From: Actinomycetota bacterium
Lineage (GTDB): Bacteria; Actinomycetota; Acidimicrobiia; Acidimicrobiales; JAMCPD01
Direction: 5' to 3'
Assembly (NCBI GenBank): GCA_023379935.1
Contig: JAMCPD010000002.1
Coordinates: 4,411 to 68,410 of the forward strand
Length of the DNA: 64,000 nt
The notes under the pieces are model-generated. The model ran no database searches. It was not told where the DNA came from and saw nothing but the letters and a program-made list of their open reading frames with translations. Positions 55,475 to 64,000 of the stretch are shown here, one piece after another. A program made the translations under genes and the position numbers. Position 1 is the stretch's first letter; each line of letters opens with the position of its first letter.

Positions 55475-56931
55475 TGGCGAACCACCGAAAGATCGCCCTT
55501 ACGGAGACCTTGTATAATGTCGCGATAAGCTTGTCTGGAGTCATTTCCCATTGAATCTGTCTCTTTCCATCTTACCCCTCTTTCCCGATCAATACCGAAG
55601 ATACCAAAACGCGGTTCGTAACTTCCCCATTCGTAGTTGTCTACAAGGCTCCAATGCCAGTATCCAGTGATCGGTATGCCTGATTCTATTCCTGCTACAA
55701 CCCCGGCCAAGTTCTCTCGCAGATATCTTGGGCGGTCCCACCCGTCCAGGCGCTGATAGGCACGTCCCTTTTTTACTCTGTTGCACAGTCCGTTTTCCAC
55801 TACCCATACATCCAAATCCTTTACGGTATTTATTTCACAAAAAGTAGTAAGTCCCGCAGGGTCCGGCACGCTATCCCATAACATGGGGCGTAAAGTGAAG
55901 TTACGTTCTCCTGCTGTAGCGTGGCCGGGCAGTTTTATGCTGTTGCCAATTACCGGATCATAGTAGTCAATTCCCACAGCATCTAAGGTCTTATCGTATG
56001 GGCTTTCATATACTGCCTCTATTGTCTTTGGCAGTGCGGAAATGTAAGGATGAAATCTGTGAGCCAAACGACGGAATACGTCTTCTTTTACCCTTATTCC
56101 CATGGTATGGGTAGCAGGTAGTTTTGCATACCATTTGCGACGTTGTTCTTGTATCCACTCCTTTGCGTCTTGTTTTGCAACTCCAAGTTGCCGGAGCAAC
56201 AGGACATCAATCAAAAAACGGTCAAGTTCATAAAGGGTGAATGAGCAACTGTTGGTGGTGACTTTAGCATGTGGCTGTAGATCGTGTATTGCTTGGTAAG
56301 CAAGCACATGAGCAGTCAGCATATTGTCCAGAGCTTTGTATACATGCCTTATATTGGTTATGCCTTTTATGCTTTGCAGTTCGCCTGAGGGTGAAAAAAG
56401 TCCAAATAAGTAGGTCATTAAAGCAACTATATTTATTTCGTTGATCGTTACCCACAATGAGCAACGGTCGGAAAACTGTTTTACTGCAGTATCAACCCAT
56501 GCTTTAAACAGTTGAGGGGAGTCGTCATCAAGCCACAGATGTTCGCCAAGCCAGAGAGGATGAGTGAAGTGTTCCAAGGTAAGCAGTGGCTCCATGCCTC
56601 TTTCTTTACAGGCATCGATAATCTTTCCGTAATGTTCCAGTGCAGAGTTGTCTGTGACCCCCGGTTCAGGTTGACATCTGGTCCATTCGATTGACATCCT
56701 AAAGCTATTTATACCAAGTGACTGAGCATAATCCAGCTGTTCTTCATAGCGGTTCCAGAAATCAACTGCTATACCTGAAGGCTCAATTTTTCCTTTGTCT
56801 TCTTGTACCTTCCAGTTGTTTGCCGGTTCACCCGGTCCATTATATCCGCCTTCAACTTGGTATCCTGAAGTTGCCACTCCGAATAAGAAGTTGTTGGGGA
56901 GAATGTTTTTGTGTGATGTCTTCTTGGCCAT
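55465..56931 (-). CDS. glycoside hydrolase family 1 beta-glucosidase/galactosidase
   Basis: FLFGVATSGYQVEGG, TINEIN (acid/base region), VVENG (nucleophile region). Confidence 0.8.
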   Translation of the reverse strand: MAKKTSHKNILPNNFLFGVATSGYQVEGGYNGPGEPANNWKVQEDKGKIEPSGIAVDFWNRYEEQLDYAQSLGINSFRMSIEWTRCQPEPGVTDNSALEHYGKIIDACKERGMEPLLTLEHFTHPLWLGEHLWLDDDSPQLFKAWVDTAVKQFSDRCSLWVTINEINIVALMTYLFGLFSPSGELQSIKGITNIRHVYKALDNMLTAHVLAYQAIHDLQPHAKVTTNSCSFTLYELDRFLIDVLLLRQLGVAKQDAKEWIQEQRRKWYAKLPATHTMGIRVKEDVFRRLAHRFHPYISALPKTIEAVYESPYDKTLDAVGIDYYDPVIGNSIKLPGHATAGERNFTLRPMLWDSVPDPAGLTTFCEINTVKDLDVWVVENGLCNRVKKGRAYQRLDGWDRPRYLRENLAGVVAGIESGIPITGYWHWSLVDNYEWGSYEPRFGIFGIDRERGVRWKETDSMGNDSRQAYRDIIQGLRKGDLSVVRHAL

Positions 56932-57052
56932 AATAGTTTAAGACATTAGCAAAGTTATTATTTGTGTGCTAATCAAAACCGCCGTTATTATTTATTAACG
57001 TGTATATTTCATGACAAGACGACAGTGGAGATTTTGTGGATAACAAAAAGGA

Positions 57053-58228
57053 GTGTGTTGTACTGTGAGCGGTCCGTTGGAAGGGATACGTATAATAGAG
57101 ATAGCCGGGATTGGCCCCGCTCCTTTTGCTGGCATGATGCTTGCAGATGCCGGTGCCGAGGTATTACGTATAGATAAGGTGGCGGGAGCGCTATCTAAAA
57201 CGATGGAGTTTGATTTACTGAATAGAGGACGCAAATCTCTTGGAGTTGATTTGAAAAATCCCGATGGGAAAGAAGCAGTGTTGAAACTGGTGGCCCGAGC
57301 CGATGCTTTGATAGAGGGTTTCCGTCCCAAAGTAGCGGAAAAGTTGGGTATAGGACCAAAGGAGTGCCTGGATCGAAATCCCAAATTAGTCTATTGCCGC
57401 ATGACCGGTTGGGGACAAGTCGGACCTTTGGCCGATAAAGCCGGTCATGACATCAACTACATAGCAGTTTCCGGCACTTTGGATGCCATCGGTAGGGCCG
57501 GAGAACCCCCGCTGCCCCCAATTAATTTAGTGGGAGATTTTGGCGGCGGAGGAGCATTGCTGGCATTTGGCGTGTTGGCCGGACTGTTGGAAACATCTCA
57601 CTCAGGTAAAGGGCAGGTAGTTGATGCTGCAATGGTTGATGGGGCAGCTTTACTTGCTACGATGATTCACAGTTTTAGGGCACTTGGCTGGTGGACTGAT
57701 GAGCGGGGAACAAATCTGTTGGATACCGGCGCACCATTTTATGAAGTTTATGAGACCAAGGATAACAAGTGGATTTCTGTCGGAGCCATAGAACCTCAAT
57801 TTTATGCACAATTAATAGAACGTTTGGGGTTGGATCAAGATGACAGTTTACCCCCCCAGATGGATCGTAGTCATTGGCCTGAAATGAAAAAAAAGTTTGC
57901 CGCTATTTTTAAAACTAAAACCCGCGATGAATGGTGCAAAGTCATGGAGGATGTTGATGCGTGCTTTGCACCCGTTCTCTCCATGGCTGAAGCACCTAAA
58001 TATCCTCATAACCGAGATAGGGAGGTATTCATAGAATCCGATGGGGTTGTACAGCCGGCAGCCGCACCCCGTTTCAGCCGTACTCCTTCTTCAGCCGGAC
58101 CGCTGGAGAGGTCATCCGGCGAGTCGTTGCCAAAGAAGTCTAAAGAAGCTGTTTTCGATATGTTGTCAAGTTGGGGTTTTGATTTAGAAGAGGTAACGAG
58201 ACTGGTAAACAACAATGTCATTGCTTGA
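57053..58228 (+). CDS. family III CoA-transferase (CaiB/BaiF; alpha-methylacyl-CoA racemase-like)
   Basis: GIRIIEIAGIGPAPFAGMMLADAGAEVLRIDK and LVGDFGGGG. The likely start is GTG 57065, about 12 nt after AAGGAG. Confidence 0.8.
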   Translation: MCCTVSGPLEGIRIIEIAGIGPAPFAGMMLADAGAEVLRIDKVAGALSKTMEFDLLNRGRKSLGVDLKNPDGKEAVLKLVARADALIEGFRPKVAEKLGIGPKECLDRNPKLVYCRMTGWGQVGPLADKAGHDINYIAVSGTLDAIGRAGEPPLPPINLVGDFGGGGALLAFGVLAGLLETSHSGKGQVVDAAMVDGAALLATMIHSFRALGWWTDERGTNLLDTGAPFYEVYETKDNKWISVGAIEPQFYAQLIERLGLDQDDSLPPQMDRSHWPEMKKKFAAIFKTKTRDEWCKVMEDVDACFAPVLSMAEAPKYPHNRDREVFIESDGVVQPAAAPRFSRTPSSAGPLERSSGESLPKKSKEAVFDMLSSWGFDLEEVTRLVNNNVIA

Positions 58229-58577
58229 TTTTCATCAGGCCTGGGCATGGGTGGTGATTATAGGAAATGGTATGGCAGGCGTATGGGCACTTTGTGCCAT
58301 TAAGTTTGTATCACTCAAAAGAAGAGCTTTGTGGTGGTTTACCTTTTTTGTTCAAGCAGCTGTTTTTGTTCAAGTAGGTACAGGTATTGGACTGGTATTG
58401 CCGAAGCATATGAAACCGCCGGCTTTTCACCCGTTTTACGGTTTTTTGGCTGTTATTGCCGTCGGTATTGTTTATGCCTACAGACGCCAGTTGGCGCGAC
58501 GCTTGTATTTGCTTTATGGTCTTGGTGGGCTTTTTATAATGGGTGTTGGCATAAGGGCGCTGATTACGGCTAAGTGA
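58215..58577 (+). CDS. small integral membrane protein (4 predicted TM segments)
   Basis: Hydrophobic throughout. Overlaps the stop of the upstream gene. No family recognised. Confidence 0.5.
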   Translation: MSLLDFHQAWAWVVIIGNGMAGVWALCAIKFVSLKRRALWWFTFFVQAAVFVQVGTGIGLVLPKHMKPPAFHPFYGFLAVIAVGIVYAYRRQLARRLYLLYGLGGLFIMGVGIRALITAK

Positions 58578-58605
58578 CAGCGTAACTGTTGTCGGTTGAA
58601 AGCGG

Positions 58606-58842
58606 TTAAAGGTTTACAATAGGACAGGTTAGTGTATGTGCTATTCCGTCCAGAACTTGTATGCGACTTACCACCATTTTCCCCAGTTCATCAAGACTTG
58701 ATCCTTGTGCTTTGATTATGATATCATAAGGACCGGTTACCACTTCGGCTGATATGACACCACTGATATTTTTAGCTTGTTTTGCCACTTCGGCGGCCTT
58801 TCCTGCTGTAGTTTGGATAAGTATATAGGTGCTTGTTGTCAT
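58606..58842 (-). CDS. stand-alone Lrp/AsnC ligand-binding (RAM) domain protein
   Basis: 78 aa. YILIQTTAGKAAEVAKQAKNISGVISAEVVTGPYDIIIKA is typical of AsnC_trans_reg. Confidence 0.7.
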   Translation of the reverse strand: MTTSTYILIQTTAGKAAEVAKQAKNISGVISAEVVTGPYDIIIKAQGSSLDELGKMVVSRIQVLDGIAHTLTCPIVNL

Positions 58843-58896
58843 TAACTATTTAATATTAGCAGTATTAATTGCCAAAAGACAAGTAACATAGTTCAA

Positions 58897-60237
58897 GTGA
58901 GCTTTCGTACTTGGCATAAGAGTGCCACACAACGCCTATTAGATTTTTTCAAGGATGCTTTTGATCAAAAAAAGCCTTTGGGTCGCTTGACGCTCACCCA
59001 TGTATTTATGATGGCCGGAGATACTTTAGTGACCTTTTCGTTAGCAGGTTCACTGTTTTTTTCACTATCTCCCAATGCAGCCAAGGACAAGGTAATGCTG
59101 TACTTACTGTTTACCATGGCTCCATTTGCAGTTGTTGCTCCCTTTTTAAGCCCTTTGTTGGACAAAGGTAAAAAAACCAGACCAACTATCGCTTTTTTGT
59201 CTGCGATAGGGCGTGGGGTTCTCTGTTTGTTTATGTCGTTTGACTTGAAGAGCTTCCTTTTATTTCCTGAAGCTTTTGGGATCTTAGTCCTTTCAAAACT
59301 TTATTTAATAACCAAGAGTTCGTTGGTGCCGGCTACAACATCAGTTGATGAATTAGCCTCTGCCAACTCCAGGCTGGCCTTGTTAGCATCGTTGGGGGGC
59401 TTTCTAGCGGGAGCTGTTGCAGCCGGAGGGGTAAAAACGGTTGGGGCCGTGTGGGTATTGCGCTTAGACATATTGCTATATCTACTGGCAGCGATTTTAG
59501 CTGTTCGACTTGTGGCAAAAATACACCTGCCGCGAATTCGAGCAAAAGGAGAGGTCGGGCGTGAAACAGGACCACAAGTTGTCTCTCAGGCAGGCAGTGA
59601 GGCAGTGCCTGAACCTGCTATACAAGCCGGGGAGCAGGTTGAGCCTTTGGCTTATCCGGAACAGACGCATCGCAAGGTTCCTGCAGAATCAATTTTAGCA
59701 GGTACATCTATGTCTGTTTTGCGAGGATCTACAGGGTTTCTTGCTTTTTGGATAGCTTTTGTTTTAAAGCGCGAAGATGCTCCTCTGTGGTGGTATGCAG
59801 TTATGCTGGCCGGGAATGGAGCCGGTTCTGTGGTTGGTTCTATGTCAGTTCCGCGTTTGCGTAAACTACTGACAGAGCAGCATATACTGTTGCTTTCCTT
59901 GATTGGGGTTACTTTTTCCGCCATTGTGTCATTTGTTGTAGGGGGACTGGTAATACAGCTTGTATTGATGTTTTTTACCGGATTTGGGGCAATGGCTGCC
60001 AAGCCTTCCTTTGATGCTTTAGTACAAAAACATCTGCCGCATAATCGACAAGGTAGAGCTTTTGCGCGTTTTGAAACCAGATTTCAGTTGGTATGGGTGT
60101 TGGGGGCATTGTTGGCATTATTGGCTCCCTTGTCTCTAAGTGACGGAGATGTTGTTATGGCTGTGGTAAATGCTTTGACCGCCGTGTCATATGTAACATC
60201 TCGTCGTGCTTTGGCAGAAGGCAGTGGGGGTGGATAG
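58897..60237 (+). CDS. MFS-type transporter (putative)
   Basis: About 10-12 hydrophobic segments with a central hydrophilic loop. 446 aa. GTG start. Confidence 0.55.
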   Translation: MSFRTWHKSATQRLLDFFKDAFDQKKPLGRLTLTHVFMMAGDTLVTFSLAGSLFFSLSPNAAKDKVMLYLLFTMAPFAVVAPFLSPLLDKGKKTRPTIAFLSAIGRGVLCLFMSFDLKSFLLFPEAFGILVLSKLYLITKSSLVPATTSVDELASANSRLALLASLGGFLAGAVAAGGVKTVGAVWVLRLDILLYLLAAILAVRLVAKIHLPRIRAKGEVGRETGPQVVSQAGSEAVPEPAIQAGEQVEPLAYPEQTHRKVPAESILAGTSMSVLRGSTGFLAFWIAFVLKREDAPLWWYAVMLAGNGAGSVVGSMSVPRLRKLLTEQHILLLSLIGVTFSAIVSFVVGGLVIQLVLMFFTGFGAMAAKPSFDALVQKHLPHNRQGRAFARFETRFQLVWVLGALLALLAPLSLSDGDVVMAVVNALTAVSYVTSRRALAEGSGGG

Positions 60238-60247
60238 CGTATTGCTG

Positions 60248-61222
60248 TTATGAACTGCGTGAGGAGGGTGGCAACTCCCAGGACCTTCTCCAAGGACTTG
60301 TTTTTGGACCGCCAAGGCTTGGGGTAGTTCCGGACTTATGGCGTTTTAAGGCTTCCCACCAGTTGCTTGTGCAAGCATCAGCCAGCAAGGCAATCTCTTG
60401 TTCAATACGTTTTTCAAAGTGGACTGCGTCTTCGGTGTCCTTTTTCCCCTTCAGATTGCCGGCACCACTGCTGAGGGCTGGAGTAGTGGGAACAATTGGA
60501 TGTCCGAAGACTACTTTTGTAGGGTAGCGATGTAGTTTGGTTGAATCTTTTGCCAAGATACGTCGGGTTCCGGAGATGTATACAGGCACTACAGGTATGC
60601 CTACTTTTAGAGACAGGTAAGCGGCACCGCCCTTGAAGCGTTGTGCCCATCCGTCGGGTGAACGGGTTCCCTCGGGGAAAATGATGATATTCCAGCCCTG
60701 GCGGAGCAACTCCTCTGCCAAGGCTGCGGAACGTCTGTTTACCTTGGTGCGTTCCATTGGTATTATGCCAAGAGCGAAGGACCATACCGCTGCTTTGAAG
60801 CGTTTGTCGAAAAAGTAGTCGGCAGCTGCCGCCACGACTGTTTTATGGCGGAACTGTTGTGGAAGGCTGCACAGCAGCAGTGGGGTGTCCAAATGACTTG
60901 AGTGATTTGCGACAAAAATAACAGGGGTGCTGACGTTACCCAGTCGATCCAATCCTTCCACTGTGGGCATTGCCACAAAAGACGACAACGGTTTTATTAA
61001 CCAGTCCACCAGGGCAGCTCTCGCTATCCTGCTTGGTTTTGTCCGTGTCCATGATGTGTCATAATAAACACCAAGAGTTGGCTTGGGTGTGGGTTTGGCA
61101 AGTGAGCTTGGCCAGTTTGGTTTCCTCCAAGGCAGCACGGGTTCTGAGCGCGAAGAGAGCAGACTGCGCTCTATTAGATTGCTAAACTGAAAGATGGATT
61201 TAAGTCGCGAGTGAGATGTCAT
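60248..61222 (-). CDS. lysophospholipid (1-acyl-sn-glycerol-3-phosphate-type) acyltransferase family protein
   Basis: HxxxxD block NHSSHLD and FPEGTRS block. ATGA overlap with the upstream LarA-like gene. Confidence 0.75.
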   Translation of the reverse strand: MTSHSRLKSIFQFSNLIERSLLSSRSEPVLPWRKPNWPSSLAKPTPKPTLGVYYDTSWTRTKPSRIARAALVDWLIKPLSSFVAMPTVEGLDRLGNVSTPVIFVANHSSHLDTPLLLCSLPQQFRHKTVVAAAADYFFDKRFKAAVWSFALGIIPMERTKVNRRSAALAEELLRQGWNIIIFPEGTRSPDGWAQRFKGGAAYLSLKVGIPVVPVYISGTRRILAKDSTKLHRYPTKVVFGHPIVPTTPALSSGAGNLKGKKDTEDAVHFEKRIEQEIALLADACTSNWWEALKRHKSGTTPSLGGPKTSPWRRSWELPPSSRSS

Positions 61223-62817
61223 CTTACCTCTGTCAGCAGTAGGGGTGGGCAGTGTAAGTGGGTGATGCTTGGATTAGTCCCAACTATGTCGGACGCTATT
61301 TCAAGCCCGTCATCAAAAGAGGATGCCGGCCTGAACCCGAGCCTTCGTACAGCTTCTCTATCTCCACCAACAACAACGACTCCCCCCAGGTGATCCAAGG
61401 CATGTGCACACCAGTACCACATGTAAAAAGGATGCACTCCATGGTAAGCGTAGCTTTTGCGATACAGGTGTATATACCAAGGATCGACAGCGAAGGATTC
61501 TTCAAACTTTGCCGCCATCTCGACGGGATCTGTTGTTTGGCTTAGCACCTGTTCGAAGAAGTCAATATAGCTGGGATGGTGTAGCGGATTGAACTCCCAT
61601 CTCGTAGGGTGAGTTATGATTACCACCCCACCTTGGCGGACCAATGGTTTGTTTATGTAGAGGTTGAAAAAATATCCCAAGCCCATAACCGCTACCAGTA
61701 TGGGGTTCATGGTTGAGTTAACATTGTAAGGCCCTATGTAAGGCAGCCCCATCGTCAAGATGTCGGTTTGCCCTTCTACGACCATAAGTTGTTGCGCATG
61801 AAGGTTGTTGAGGGTTACTTGATGAACCGCCTCTACTTCCCCTGCTTGGACTGAGGTAACTTGATAGGGGGACTTGATGGAGTGAAGCACTGCTCTTGAC
61901 GCACGGGGAGGCATCTTTTCAAGTATGTTTGAGGTGGTTATGTAGCGCACACGATCTGACAGTGACCACTCCCACTCCCTTTTTTGTAAAAATCCGAAAG
62001 CTTCGGGAAAGGTGTCAGTATTCAAGGTGGTTTCAATTTGGAATATCTTTATACCCGAGTTGGCTATTAGGCGTCCCATTCTCCAAATAGAGGAGTGCAA
62101 AGCAGATGAGTGCATATCCATCAATGAGCGGCTATGCAAGAGTGTATTAGGATTGTGGTGGTGGCGCATAGTTTTGTAGCTTACAAGACCGGTGCACATA
62201 CTTTTATGCCCCCCATCCATGGCGGTTAGGTTAATATTTACATAAACGATAAGGTCAGAGTCGGCTGCTCTTTTGTTAATCTCCACATCTTCACCCGACT
62301 CCGTAGTTCCGATATGCGTTAGTTCATCTAGATTTTCGGCGTCATGTTGGCGAAGAAGCCCATGAGGAGCAAAAGCATCATATATTCGATTACCGAGAGC
62401 ATGCCGCAGTTCGGGTTCTGTCATTCGCCTGTGCAGTCCGAGTGCCGCTATTAAAACTACATCATCGACTCCGGCCTGAGCCGCATAATCCAGCACAGCC
62501 TCAATTATTTGTTGGCGTATATCGGGGGATCTCATTGGCGGTAGAGGCAGAGAGATGTCGTCAAAGACTATTGTCAGACGCATATCAGGTTTTAAGAGAT
62601 CCGGCAAGGGTTGAGAGTCTCCTGTGGGATTGAGAAGAGCATTATCAATACCATCTTCTATGTCGTAAAGAGATTCAACGGGTTCGGGCGGATAGATAAT
62701 TCTGCTGCCCTTGGGTAAGCGTTGCAGGTAAAAACCTTCTCCGTTCCAGAATAAAGTTGGAGGGGTATTGCGGTCCGCTTCTAAGATTAATCCCGGTCTT
62801 GTGAGCCTCTGGCTCAT
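61219..62817 (-). CDS. LarA-like (lactate racemase N-terminal domain / DUF2088) protein, long form
   Basis: LTIVFDDISLPLPP, ALGLHRRMT and DGGHKS correspond in position to the LarA His and Lys regions. 532 aa. Confidence 0.65.
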   Translation of the reverse strand: MSQRLTRPGLILEADRNTPPTLFWNGEGFYLQRLPKGSRIIYPPEPVESLYDIEDGIDNALLNPTGDSQPLPDLLKPDMRLTIVFDDISLPLPPMRSPDIRQQIIEAVLDYAAQAGVDDVVLIAALGLHRRMTEPELRHALGNRIYDAFAPHGLLRQHDAENLDELTHIGTTESGEDVEINKRAADSDLIVYVNINLTAMDGGHKSMCTGLVSYKTMRHHHNPNTLLHSRSLMDMHSSALHSSIWRMGRLIANSGIKIFQIETTLNTDTFPEAFGFLQKREWEWSLSDRVRYITTSNILEKMPPRASRAVLHSIKSPYQVTSVQAGEVEAVHQVTLNNLHAQQLMVVEGQTDILTMGLPYIGPYNVNSTMNPILVAVMGLGYFFNLYINKPLVRQGGVVIITHPTRWEFNPLHHPSYIDFFEQVLSQTTDPVEMAAKFEESFAVDPWYIHLYRKSYAYHGVHPFYMWYWCAHALDHLGGVVVVGGDREAVRRLGFRPASSFDDGLEIASDIVGTNPSITHLHCPPLLLTEVR

Positions 62818-63944
62818 GACGGTTGTTCCCGTTGTATGTTGCGCGGCTTTTTCCGCATATCAAATACTACCTTGATAGCTCCGCGTTGTCCTGCTTTAGC
62901 TGCATGTGCTATGGCATCTTCAAAGTTTTCCAGTCTGTACTTGGCACTGACCAGCCTTTCGAGGTGGTTTGTGACAACCACTTTTGTTGCTGTGTCAAAG
63001 GTTGTGGGTGAATACGTATAGGCTCCTTGCAGAGTTATCTCTTTGTACCATAAGGGGGCCATATCAATCCTTGTTTCGCCGGGCATACCAACCAATACTA
63101 TCTTACCTTTGGGCGACACTACGTCCAAAGCATTTCGCAGAGAATCCCTACTTCCGACACAGTCAATAACTATATCAACACCGGTTGTCAGATGAGTTCC
63201 TGCCATCAATGAAGCGGTACGTTTACGTACGACCCTTCCTGTTTCTGATGGACTTATTATGTATTGTGCTCCCAACTCTTGTGCAAGTTGATACTGTTCG
63301 GGATATTTGGCTACTGCTATAATTTCAGGGTTTATTCCGCCCGAAAAACGTAGATATTGCAAACTGGCCAATACACACAGCCCCAATGTCCCCGATCCCA
63401 ATATAAGTACTTTATCCCCATCGTTTATGTTTGCAGATTCGACAGCGTGCAGAGCACAAGCGGTTGGTTCTATCATCACTGCAGCTTCATCTGTCACATC
63501 GTCTTTTATATAGTGGAGTTGAGTTTTATGGGCTATCAGTTCTTCTGACCATCCGCCTGAAGTATCAGCACAGTAACCCACCATCATTCCGGGCTTTATA
63601 TGCCCGAAAGCAACTCTTTCGCATTGGTTTATATATCCTTTTTGACATGAGTCACACGGTGGATTTATTCCCCTTGTTGCACAACCCAGCACTGCTTTTA
63701 TGACAACCCTGGACTTACCCGCAGGCGGGTTGATGAGTTCGCCGACCACCTCATGGCCCGGCACAAAAGGAAAGCTGACCAACGGTTCAAACCATCTTGA
63801 ACTTTTTCCAGCTAAAGCCGCCAGATCAGAACCACATATTCCCGAGAGTCTCGGACGGATTCGATACCAGTCGGAATCGGGCAATGAATCAGACGGTGAG
63901 TTGGGAACTGAATCGGGCAATCGCGGAGGTTCGGTTTCAACCAA
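62814..63944 (-). CDS. zinc-dependent alcohol dehydrogenase family (MDR) protein
   Basis: GICGSDL, Rossmann LILGSGTLGL, structural-zinc-like CDSCQKGYINQC. ATGA overlap with the downstream LarA-like gene. Confidence 0.75.
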   Translation of the reverse strand: MVETEPPRLPDSVPNSPSDSLPDSDWYRIRPRLSGICGSDLAALAGKSSRWFEPLVSFPFVPGHEVVGELINPPAGKSRVVIKAVLGCATRGINPPCDSCQKGYINQCERVAFGHIKPGMMVGYCADTSGGWSEELIAHKTQLHYIKDDVTDEAAVMIEPTACALHAVESANINDGDKVLILGSGTLGLCVLASLQYLRFSGGINPEIIAVAKYPEQYQLAQELGAQYIISPSETGRVVRKRTASLMAGTHLTTGVDIVIDCVGSRDSLRNALDVVSPKGKIVLVGMPGETRIDMAPLWYKEITLQGAYTYSPTTFDTATKVVVTNHLERLVSAKYRLENFEDAIAHAAKAGQRGAIKVVFDMRKKPRNIQREQPS

Positions 63945-64000
63945 CCTGAGGGGGCCTACTTTGGCACCTTGCGTTGATCCTAAAAAATCCGCTCCGAATA

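Noticed and set aside
56950-56980. Inverted repeat ATTAGCA-n15-TGCTAAT between the GH1 gene and the CoA-transferase gene, as a possible sugar-regulator operator.
   Set aside because: The arms are short with a long spacer, the sequence does not resemble LacI/GalR-type operator consensus, and no regulator gene is adjacent.

Overview
This is a chromosomal window from what looks like a moderate-GC actinobacterium. The evidence is the ftsK...miaB-miaA-dapF-hflX gene order, the succinylase-branch genes dapC-dapD-dapE, an F420-type LLM oxidoreductase and a heme A synthase. Four kinds of content are visible. (1) 1-10.4 kb is a conserved housekeeping block. (2) 10.4-15.6 kb is a 5.1-kb mosaic insertion bounded by 62-bp imperfect direct repeats. 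The repeats duplicate the overlapping 3' ends of dapE and an SCP2 gene. The insertion holds a frameshifted IS1634-like element, a low-GC (about 30%) AbiEii-type nucleotidyltransferase two-gene cassette, a high-GC ISL3 remnant, an IS3 remnant and a structured segment that may be group II intron RNA. (3) 15.6-32.4 kb is a hydrophobic-substrate oxidation locus. Its core is a translationally coupled operon of four, plus one more, paralogous phytoene-desaturase-like (COG1233) flavoenzymes. These are interleaved with SCP2 carrier proteins and flanked by acyl-CoA dehydrogenases, bioB and an LLM oxidoreductase. (4) 33.7-44.8 kb holds two adjacent paralogous giant secreted proteins of 1179 and 2488 aa. 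They are built from about 40-aa two-cysteine repeats that occur in blocks of 14, 21 and 7, always multiples of seven. They also contain IPT/TIG and Ig-like domains and a triplicated C-terminal domain I cannot name. Both genes are preceded by the same 29-bp palindromic motif, and one 7-repeat block is nested inside an IPT domain. The rest of the window (45-64 kb) is mostly ordinary metabolism: sulfite reductase, a UvrD-like helicase, galK, a GH1 glucosidase and a CoA-transferase. It has two less ordinary modules: a MurF-like ligase with a polytopic membrane N-terminus coupled to a long Ddl, and a dehydrogenase / LarA-like / acyltransferase operon. I saw no rRNA, tRNA or CRISPR. The best candidates for something undescribed are the twin 7n-repeat giant proteins with their shared upstream palindrome, the five-paralog flavoenzyme/SCP2 operon, and the imported AbiEii-like cassette. 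All functional calls come from motifs read in the supplied translations. No database search was possible.
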